From: Candidatus Saccharimonadota bacterium
GTDB taxonomy: Bacteria > Patescibacteriota > Saccharimonadia > Saccharimonadales > UBA10212
Reading direction: 5' to 3'
Assembly (NCBI GenBank): GCA_025934715.1
Contig: JAICWR010000002.1
Coordinates: forward strand, 152 to 64,151
DNA: 64,000 bases
Notes under the pieces: model-generated
Database searches by the model: none
What the model saw: the letters and a program-made list of their open reading frames with translations, nothing else
Told to the model about the DNA's origin: nothing
Shown: piece by piece, positions 9,616 through 16,480 of the stretch
Numbering within the stretch: the first letter of the stretch is position 1
How the letters are laid out: each line of letters begins with the position of its first letter
Position numbers and translations under genes: made by a program

Positions 9616-10926
9616 TCAGTTTTTATTCGCAAGAGCCTCAACTCCCGGTAGCTTATGCCCACTAATCAGCTCCAGCGTGGCGCCACCGCCAGTGGAGACG
9701 AAACCAAAGTCATCTGTCAATCGCTCGCCCTCCACGTAGCTCACGGTGTCCCCGCCGCCAACTAGCGTGAATGGCTTGCTAGCGTGTTTATTGCTGGCGC
9801 CTATCATGGCCTCGACTATGGTGTGGGTGCCGTGGGCGAACGGATCATGAGCGCCGGCAATGCCTCTCACTTCCGTGATACCGCAGGGCCCGTTCCAAAT
9901 TACCGTGCGAGCTAGCTTCACTGCGCCAGCGATCTGGGCGGCGCTGGCCGGCCCAATATCCAAAACCAGTTCATCTTTTTCCACTGTGTAAGCGCGGGGG
10001 CAGGGAATTTTAGGGTAAGCTTCTATATCTGAGGTGTTGCCGCCAAGCACGTCAACAATTCTGGTCGGGCCTGTGCCACCGATTTTTTCAGACACCACAG
10101 CATCAACCGGCACCAGGAAACTGAAGTTGCGTTTTTGTTCTTCGCTCTTAGCCAGAGCGAGGATTTCATGAGTGGTGCCCAGCGCCTCTTTTTCAACCTT
10201 GCTCTTGCCGATTTTCACACCCTCGGCCAGCAAAAAGTTATTGGCCATGGCGCCCACCACCGCCACGCAATCGGATAATTTAATAAGCTTGTTTAAAACC
10301 TCGATTTTATCGCTGACTTTAGCACCACCGACTATCGACACTAGCGGGCGTGCCGGCTCTTTGACGACCTTTTGAATCGTGGTGACTTCTTTTTCCAACA
10401 GCAACCCGGCGACAGACGGCAGCATTTTTGTTATGGCGTCAGTGGAGGCATGTGCCCGATGCACCACTCCAAAGCCGTCCTGCACGAACACGTCAGCCCC
10501 GCTAGTCTCCGCCAGTTCCTGGGCGAACTGTTTATCATTTTTCTCTTCCCGCGGGTCAAACCGCAGGTTCTCCAGCATAAGGATTTGCCCCGGCCCTAGT
10601 TTTTCGCAGGCTTGTTTGGCCTCCGCCCCAACCGTGCTTTCTACAAATTCCACCTTTTTATCGAGCAGTTCGGACAACCGTCTGGCCACCGGCTTTAGGC
10701 TGAACTCAGCGGACGGCTTGCCGTCCGGCCGGCCCAAATGGGAGACAATGACAATACTTGACTGGTATTGCTCCCAAATATATTGGATAGTCTGCACAGA
10801 TTGCTTAATACGGTAGTCATCAGAAATCTTGCCATCATCAACGGGCACATTATAATCAGCGCGGACAAGCACCCGCTTCCCTTTCAAATCCACATCTTTC
10901 ACGGTTTTTTTGTTGAATCCCACCAT
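9616..10926 (-). CDS. pgk: Phosphoglycerate kinase
   Basis: 'KGKRVLVRADYNVP', 'MLENLRFDPREE', 'GGGDT' motifs. Start placed at MVGFNKKT; the ORF-track start lies 16 codons upstream. Confidence 0.9.
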   Translation of the reverse strand: MVGFNKKTVKDVDLKGKRVLVRADYNVPVDDGKISDDYRIKQSVQTIQYIWEQYQSSIVIVSHLGRPDGKPSAEFSLKPVARRLSELLDKKVEFVESTVGAEAKQACEKLGPGQILMLENLRFDPREEKNDKQFAQELAETSGADVFVQDGFGVVHRAHASTDAITKMLPSVAGLLLEKEVTTIQKVVKEPARPLVSIVGGAKVSDKIEVLNKLIKLSDCVAVVGAMANNFLLAEGVKIGKSKVEKEALGTTHEILALAKSEEQKRNFSFLVPVDAVVSEKIGGTGPTRIVDVLGGNTSDIEAYPKIPCPRAYTVEKDELVLDIGPASAAQIAGAVKLARTVIWNGPCGITEVRGIAGAHDPFAHGTHTIVEAMIGASNKHASKPFTLVGGGDTVSYVEGERLTDDFGFVSTGGGATLELISGHKLPGVEALANKN

Positions 10927-11005
10927 CTTAGGCAAGTATGGCAAAATCAAATTGAAATTACTAGGGTCACGCAAAAACTAGCGCTGAATTAAGCCGCGAA
11001 AATTC

Positions 11006-11443
11006 TTACTCGAACACCCAGGTTGTGGACGAGACGATCGTATTTTTGCCGTTTTTGGGGTTACGTTCCCTGATTTGAAGCAATTGTGAGCCCGGCGATC
11101 CTGTTGAGATATCACCGGTCACGGTATTGATACAGCCTTTGCTGTCTGCCAGGCCCGCTCCCACGGCCCACTGGCCGATTCCGGTATCCGCAATCAAAGT
11201 TTCATTCGCGCCGGGAGTGTAGCCGCAGCCGGTTATGGTAAGGTGTACCGTTGTGGCGGCTGGGGCTGGATTAGGAGATACTTGCAGGGTAGCCGACGAA
11301 TGAGTGGAATTGTTTTTTGGCGCCGCACTGGCTATAATCGCAAAAATTCCCACGCCAGCAAAAATAGCTACGAACACTATCACTTGCCAAAGCTGGAAGG
11401 ATTGTTTCCTTTTCAAAAATTTTGTTTGTGTTTTCTTTGCCAT
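11006..11443 (-). CDS. Small secreted hypothetical protein
   Basis: N-terminal basic segment and TM/signal (LWQVIVFVAIFAGVGIFAIIASA), then a 100-aa domain with two Cys. Confidence 0.45.
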   Translation of the reverse strand: MAKKTQTKFLKRKQSFQLWQVIVFVAIFAGVGIFAIIASAAPKNNSTHSSATLQVSPNPAPAATTVHLTITGCGYTPGANETLIADTGIGQWAVGAGLADSKGCINTVTGDISTGSPGSQLLQIRERNPKNGKNTIVSSTTWVFE

Positions 11444-11601
11444 ATTTTTATTTACCTTGTTAATTACTATTGGTCACTCTATATTTAACGGTCTTATGTT
11501 GTCAAGATTTCAATAAAAAACCTGGCTCTTTCAGTTGTGGACCCAGCGATCCGATTTATAAAGAAATGGTGGGTAAGATTATCAGGTGGAATGTGCTTTT
11601 A

Positions 11602-11874
11602 CTAAATAATTAAACTGTTAAGCTCATGGTCTGTAGCAGCAGATATCTTAGCAGCTTCTATGCTTGCTTGAGAACGACGGAAATCACGAAAATCAACCGC
11701 TGTTTGGTAAATAGCTCTGGCCTCCGGATTAAGTTTGCCGAGAAACCACCGGCCGAATTTACCGGCTCTATCAAAACCTGCTATTAGTTCAGCGTGAGTT
11801 TCAAAATGTTCTCTTATTGCCCTGTCGGGATTAGCTAATCGGTCTCGGGCTCTTTTTTGTCTATCCTGCTCCAT
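11602..11874 (-). CDS. Hypothetical protein; downstream half of a TAG-interrupted reading frame
   Basis: Same frame as 11875..12231, separated only by one TAG directly followed by ATG. Confidence 0.4.
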   Translation of the reverse strand: MEQDRQKRARDRLANPDRAIREHFETHAELIAGFDRAGKFGRWFLGKLNPEARAIYQTAVDFRDFRRSQASIEAAKISAATDHELNSLII

Positions 11875-12231
11875 CTATATAGACTCTCTATCATCAAGAG
11901 CTTTTTGCATACTATCTATTATCTTTTCGGCCATCGTATTTCCTCGGCCAGGATGTCCGCCAAGGTATATTAAATCTCCTAGTTGTATGCTTTCAACCAC
12001 TTCATCATCACTCTTGCCATATCTGAAGGCAGCAGTAGCTATCTTACTGGCTTCAATAACGGATACCATGCCTAAAAACTCTATGACAAAAAACTTATTT
12101 AAATATGCTTCGCCGTATGCTCTGTTCACATCATCATCACTGGAAAGTAACTGCTCTATTTGCTCCATATCTTTATCATCCCAATCAAATTGAGGCAATG
12201 GGCCTTGGATAAGCTCAGGTTTATCTGACAT
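11875..12231 (-). CDS. Hypothetical acidic protein; upstream half of a TAG-interrupted reading frame
   Basis: 118-aa ORF with a 'GDLIYLGGHPGRGNTM' segment; no confident family assignment. Confidence 0.4.
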   Translation of the reverse strand: MSDKPELIQGPLPQFDWDDKDMEQIEQLLSSDDDVNRAYGEAYLNKFFVIEFLGMVSVIEASKIATAAFRYGKSDDEVVESIQLGDLIYLGGHPGRGNTMAEKIIDSMQKALDDRESI

Positions 12232-12251
12232 TAACTCTCCTAATAATTTAA

Positions 12252-12761
12252 TTACGGCTCATTAGCACCACTACTCTCAATAGTAAATCTGGCCAGTAGC
12301 CTATCTCTATCAAATTGAGGTAAGGCAGACATAGTTTGAGCAAGGTCTTCAATATCAACGGAAGAGTCTCGCAGCGCGACGTACTCTTTTACGGATTGTT
12401 TAGTATTTTGAATCGTACGAGCAACTTCTATGTCTGCGGCTAGTGTATCTAAATCAAGAGGCGGCTTTTTAAAACTCAACTCGCCTAGACCGTAGTATTT
12501 CCAATGAGGTAAGAATCTAACTTGAATGCCTTCAAAGTCATATTCCATTGGTACGCCAATAGCGTAGTCGTTATCAATTATAAATGTTGGGGTAGCTTCG
12601 CTATCAAGAAGAAGTTTTAGAGTTACGAGGTTTCGTTCCCATAAGCCATGGTCTTTTATGTACGGTTTGTCTGAGTACCATGAAATGTCATCAAATCTTA
12701 AAGGAACCTTCGGTTGGCGTTCGTTAATCATACCTGAAATAGGATGTCTTTCCCTGGGCAT
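12252..12761 (-). CDS. Hypothetical protein
   Basis: 169-aa ORF immediately 3' of tRNA-Glu; no recognisable motif. Confidence 0.4.
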   Translation of the reverse strand: MPRERHPISGMINERQPKVPLRFDDISWYSDKPYIKDHGLWERNLVTLKLLLDSEATPTFIIDNDYAIGVPMEYDFEGIQVRFLPHWKYYGLGELSFKKPPLDLDTLAADIEVARTIQNTKQSVKEYVALRDSSVDIEDLAQTMSALPQFDRDRLLARFTIESSGANEP

Positions 12762-12808
12762 TAGTTAATTTTCTAATAATTACACCTGATGTGCAAGCAT
12801 GAGCGTAA

Positions 12809-12883
<75 letters not shown>

Positions 12884-12904
12884 AAAACAGAGGTATTTTA
12901 GCAG

Positions 12905-12968
12905 ACTTACCCCTGATACCAAAAATCCCCCGATGCTATCCTCACCATAGCAAACAGGGGATTTAAGG
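12905..12968 (-). terminator. Putative intrinsic terminator between structured element A and tRNA-Glu
   Basis: Minus strand reads AAATCCCC-TGTTT-GCTAT-GGTGAGG-ATAGC-ATC-GGGGATTT-TTGG: a two-tier hairpin with a T-run. Confidence 0.4.
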
Positions 12969-13089
12969 TTATATTCAAATTTTTGTTTTCGAGCGGTCAG
13001 TCACGATTGCTCTGTTGTCCATCTGTTACGCTAGCACAAATCAACGATTTGCACAAGCTTTATGCACAGGGAACTGACCGTTCTAGAAG

Positions 13090-13256
13090 CTAAAACTTTC
13101 CTGCTTGGATGAAGCGCCAGGAAGCGGCGAAGCACGCAGTGAGCTGTATTGTAATACAGCGACTGAGTACTGGAGCCGCTGACACAGCGATTAGCCAAGA
13201 GCGCTGGCGGGTTCCGGTTTAGCCGGAAACAGGCCAGCGCGCCAGGAAAGTTTTAG
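13090..13256 (-). ncRNA. Candidate structured RNA element, copy A (paralog of 15765..15929); strand tentative
   Basis: 14-bp terminal stem (ctaaaactttcctg / caggaaagttttag), inner stem agcggc/gccgct, hairpin gctgtat-tgta-atacagc, and a long 3' hairpin gcgctggc..gttccgg-tttag-ccggaac..gccagcgc. Core sequence is shared with copy B and the stems covary. Confidence 0.55.
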
Positions 13257-13258
13257 TC

Positions 13259-13933
13259 TTAGCGACGCTTGCGGGACACAACGTAGTGCCCAGCAGCGCC
13301 CAGGGAACTCACTCCGGTAAAGATACCCAGCACGTCACCCGCGCCGGTGTTCGGCAAAGTCTTCGTAGGTGTTGGGGTAGGTGTAGGTGTTGGAGTCGGT
13401 GTAGGAGTAGGAGTCGGGCAGCTAATCTTGGCTTTATAGTTCACGAACTCAGTCGTTGAACCATTAAGGCCGCCGATGTCTACGCCACTGGAAGTGATAG
13501 TATCGGGCAAAGTCTTGATGACATTACCTTTACCATCAAACAAAGTGGTTGTGCCGTTCTCGTAACTCACGGTCTGAGCAGAATCTATGTTTACAGTAGC
13601 GATTCCAGAAGTACCGGAAGTGCCACCGAGGTTGGTGGTAGCCGTCATTATAGAGGTATTAACGGTAGAGCTGCCACTGGGCAAGTTTACCTTAACCTTA
13701 ACATCGGTAAGACCACCAAACGAAATGTTGTGAAGCCGAATGCTGTACTCAACCTGTTCACAAGCGCTGGCGTTGGTTGACGGAGCATAACTACCGCCTT
13801 TAGTAACGTTCTTGACGTTATACACGATAGAACCGCCTTCAAGCTGGCCAGGGCTGTCGGCAATCGCCGGAGCGGCAATAGCAAACACAGGCAAAGCAGC
13901 CAAAACAATGGCTAATTTAGAAAATCGAATCAT
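13259..13933 (-). CDS. LPXTG cell-wall-anchored surface protein with a (Pro-Thr)9 linker
   Basis: Signal peptide (MIRFSKLAIVLAALPVFAIAAPAIA); C-terminal 'CPTPTPTPTPTPTPTPTKTLPNTGAGDVLGIFTGVSSLGAAGHYVVSRKRR' gives an LPNTG motif, hydrophobic span and basic tail. Confidence 0.8.
   Translation of the reverse strand: MIRFSKLAIVLAALPVFAIAAPAIADSPGQLEGGSIVYNVKNVTKGGSYAPSTNASACEQVEYSIRLHNISFGGLTDVKVKVNLPSGSSTVNTSIMTATTNLGGTSGTSGIATVNIDSAQTVSYENGTTTLFDGKGNVIKTLPDTITSSGVDIGGLNGSTTEFVNYKAKISCPTPTPTPTPTPTPTPTPTKTLPNTGAGDVLGIFTGVSSLGAAGHYVVSRKRR
13357..13420. repeat. Dinucleotide-codon tandem repeat encoding (PT)9
   Basis: ggtgtaggtgttggagtcggtgtaggagtaggagtcggg on the plus strand corresponds to a CCN-ACN repeat in the gene. 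Confidence 0.7.
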
Positions 13934-14015
13934 ATCAATTCTCCTTATCTAATCGAACTTAAATTACTTTACTTAACAAACTAGGTAGATACTGGACTTT
14001 AAATAGAGTGAAATC

Positions 14016-14052
14016 GACTACTGGCGCGCTATTAGCTGCTGCCAGTAGTCGT
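14016..14052 (-). terminator. Putative intrinsic terminator after the high-GC surface protein gene
   Basis: 11-bp stem cgactactggc / gccagtagtcg around a 15-nt loop, followed on the minus strand by ATTTCACTCTATTT. Confidence 0.45.
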
Positions 14053-14149
14053 TGGGGAGGCGGGCACCCGCTGGAATGCGGGTGCCCGTCCTATCCACGC
14101 CCCTCGGTCCCCCTTCATACTGAGGAGCGATCTGGAGGAGTGGCACCGA

Positions 14150-15499
14150 CTACGTGCTGTGGAGCTCCTTGCTGACTCCACTGGGGATGCTGGGGTTCGG
14201 CGGCGGCTGGACGACATCGATCGGCGTCGACGGGTCAGGGCTTTGCACCTCACCCGTGGTCAGGTCGACCACGTGGGCCGACACGGTGTCGGTGACCGGC
14301 TCCGTCGGAGCCGTGTATGTCACCTCGATGACCTGGTCGCTGCCGGTTGCAATCACCGTGAACGAGTTCGTCACGCTGAGCGTGCCGTAGTTCACGTGCA
14401 TTGTGATCTGCAAGGTATTCCCTGCCGGTGCCAGGCAGTGCAACTTGACCGGCGCCGTACTGATGTTGCCGGTCGAGAAGTCGCTGGTGTCGACCTCCTG
14501 AATCGTGTCGAAGTGACACGAAGGAGGCGGCGGGGGCGGCGTTTGGCGGTTTTTGAACTCCGCCTGTACGCCAGAGGACTCACAGGTGAACGTCTCAGGG
14601 TTATCCGACAGGATCTCCCAGCCATTCTTCGGGTTCTCGGTGATGATAACCGAGTCACCGACCTTGCAAGTCCCTGCGGACTGCGGGTTGCTGTCGAGGG
14701 GTACCGTCGTCGTCGTTCCTCCGGTCGTCACCTGGAAGGTGAACGTGCCTCCGGTCGGACAGGTTTCCTGCACGCCGGTGTCGTCCTCGCAGACCTTACC
14801 GATGGTAATCGGCGGCTTGGAGGGCGGCGGGGTCTGAGGAGGCGGAGGTGGGGACGGAGGCGGGATGGTCTTGGTCGTCTGATGGTGGACGTGCGTCACC
14901 TTCGTGATGCACTTGTGCCGAACGACCGCGAAGTTACCGCATTTGAACGGCACCTTCGTTTCGATGAAGCACGTCTTGGTCGTGATGGTGTCCACCCGGT
15001 CAAAGAACTCGGTCTTGCTGCCGTCGCTGTTCGTGACGGTCTTGACCAGCTTCGTCAGGCCATGCTTCACGGTCGTCTTCACGTTGATGACGACGCGTGA
15101 GCAGAATGCCGGGGCGCCATGGCGCTTGTAGCGCGGGTCGCGGAACGTGACGTTCCGGTCCACACTCGTGCCATTGATGCCGAAGCTCATCCGGATGAAG
15201 TGATCGCCGTAGCGAAGCACGCACTGACGGAAATTGCCCTCGCGCGTGGCCAGCACGAACTTCTTCCGTGCGGACTTGCTGAGCCCGGCGTACTTCATGG
15301 CCGTCGCGCCCTTGCGGGACGTGATCAGCTTGACGTAGCCGTGACGAGCGTTGCCGTGGTCGAATGCCGCCAGGCCGCCCGGGGTTACCGGGTCGCCGCC
15401 GAGGCGGGTCCAGCCGTTGCTCGCGAACGCGCTGTTCGAAAGCATCAAGATCGCCCCGACCACACTGGCCAGGACGAGAAGGAAGCGCTTTGCACGCAT
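14150..15499 (-). CDS. Secreted multi-domain surface protein with polyproline linkers; compositionally atypical (high GC)
   Basis: Start at MRAKRFLLVLASVVGAILMLSNSAFA (signal peptide) with an AGGAGA Shine-Dalgarno 6 nt upstream. PPPSPPPPPQTPPPS and TPPPPPPS linkers; Cys-containing modules; about 60-65% GC against a ~50% flank. The overlapping Arg-rich ORFs on both strands are GC artefacts. Confidence 0.7.
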   Translation of the reverse strand: MRAKRFLLVLASVVGAILMLSNSAFASNGWTRLGGDPVTPGGLAAFDHGNARHGYVKLITSRKGATAMKYAGLSKSARKKFVLATREGNFRQCVLRYGDHFIRMSFGINGTSVDRNVTFRDPRYKRHGAPAFCSRVVINVKTTVKHGLTKLVKTVTNSDGSKTEFFDRVDTITTKTCFIETKVPFKCGNFAVVRHKCITKVTHVHHQTTKTIPPPSPPPPPQTPPPSKPPITIGKVCEDDTGVQETCPTGGTFTFQVTTGGTTTTVPLDSNPQSAGTCKVGDSVIITENPKNGWEILSDNPETFTCESSGVQAEFKNRQTPPPPPPSCHFDTIQEVDTSDFSTGNISTAPVKLHCLAPAGNTLQITMHVNYGTLSVTNSFTVIATGSDQVIEVTYTAPTEPVTDTVSAHVVDLTTGEVQSPDPSTPIDVVQPPPNPSIPSGVSKELHST

Positions 15500-15530
15500 C
15501 TCTGCTCTCCTTTCGGTGATCGAGGACAAA

Positions 15531-15572
15531 GAAAACACCGCGTGGGTGATCAATTCCACGCGGTGTGCCGGC
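15531..15572 (-). terminator. Intrinsic terminator or attenuator hairpin about 30 nt upstream of the surface-protein start codon
   Basis: Minus strand CACCGCGTGG-GTGATCAATT-CCACGCGGTG followed by TTTTCTTTGTCC: a 10-bp GC-rich stem plus U-tract. Confidence 0.55.
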
Positions 15573-15586
15573 CGATACTGCTAGAC

Positions 15587-15628
15587 CGTGCGTCTTAGCG
15601 ACAAATAACTTATCGCTAAGACGCACGA
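15587..15628. promoter_or_regulatory. Perfect 15-bp inverted repeat (CGTGCGTCTTAGCGA-N11-TCGCTAAGACGCACG); candidate operator or hairpin
   Basis: Read directly from the sequence; lies between structured element B and the terminator hairpin. Confidence 0.5.
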
Positions 15629-15764
15629 TCCAACCGGGCGCACTAAAGCTCGCGTGGATAAATGTAGTAGTCGGAATGGGATTAAGGAGCCGCCTTATAA
15701 ATAAGTGGCTCGACTTAAAGCCCCATAACTACCTAGTTTGCTGTCTTAAATTTACAAAATTTAA

Positions 15765-15929
15765 CACACTTTCGTGCTTGGAAGCAGTGCAAGGAAGAAT
15801 CAAGCAACGCAAAGAGCTGTATTTGAATACAGTGATTGAGTAGCGGAGATTCTGACGAAGCAATGCGCCAAGAGCACTTTAACCAAGGCGAGCTTAGCTT
15901 GCCTTGTTAAAGTGCATCACGAACGTGTG
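15765..15929 (-). ncRNA. Candidate structured RNA element, copy B (paralog of 13090..13256); strand tentative
   Basis: Terminal stem cacactttcgtg / cacgaacgtgtg, inner stem agaatc/gattct, hairpin ctgtatt-tg-aatacag, and a 3' hairpin gcactttaac-caaggc..ttagc..gccttg-gttaaagtgc. Colinear with copy A, with compensatory changes. Confidence 0.55.
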
Positions 15930-16175
15930 TTGGACAACAAAAGGCTAAGCATTTTACTGCTTAGCTGTGACTGACTTGTTAAGTAACACCTCACCCGCCA
16001 CAGCTTCGGAAGAGTACTCATTGCCGCTCTACCTTAGAGGTTTCCCACCTCTCGCATGTGTTGCGAGGATGTCCATACTCTACCACAACAAGTCGCTAAT
16101 GTCAATACTCTATGCAATGAAAGTTAAATAAGGACAAGCACTATGGCCAACACTTTATTATAAAAACCCGTAGGG

Positions 16176-16415
16176 TTATTCGAGCTCTACGCCAACTATA
16201 ATCGCGGTAGGTGCGACCGCTTCCGCGCCTATAACTTCCCCGACCCGCTGTAGGCCTTCTTTAGCTAACAACATAGTGCTCTCCCGGCGAAGTTCCCCGG
16301 GCGATATCTGCTCAACTTCTACCCCTGGCAACCTAAATGCTTTAGCCAGTTGTTCTTCTTCACGTCTGGCTTTCTCAGGCCCAGCCGGGTCATATAGTGT
16401 GGAGATTTCTAACAT
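16176..16415 (-). CDS. Small hypothetical protein (79 aa)
   Basis: ORF 65 bp downstream of the sensor kinase; no recognisable motif; weak ribosome-binding site. Confidence 0.3.
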   Translation of the reverse strand: MLEISTLYDPAGPEKARREEEQLAKAFRLPGVEVEQISPGELRRESTMLLAKEGLQRVGEVIGAEAVAPTAIIVGVELE

Positions 16416-16480
16416 GTTTCTTTCAGCTGTAACTGATTTCCGGAAAGTGATTATACGCCGCCGTCAAGCCAAGTGCAACA

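Noticed and set aside
14159-15626. Long ORFs on both strands overlapping the surface-protein gene (14159..15100 +, 15000..15626 -, 14250..14658 - and others)
   Set aside because: Arg-rich, low-complexity translations typical of out-of-frame or antisense reading of a 60-65% GC gene. The minus-strand 14150..15499 frame has a signal peptide, a ribosome-binding site and coherent domain and linker architecture.
15565-15843. 92-aa plus-strand ORF across element B
   Set aside because: It overlaps the covarying hairpin element and the upstream palindrome; no coding signal.
13090-15929. Elements A and B as attL/attR of an integrated island, or as the ends of a MITE
   Set aside because: They are only about 65-70% identical, and where they differ they do so by compensatory pairs. 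Att sites or MITE terminal repeats would be near-identical. No integrase or transposase lies between or nearby.
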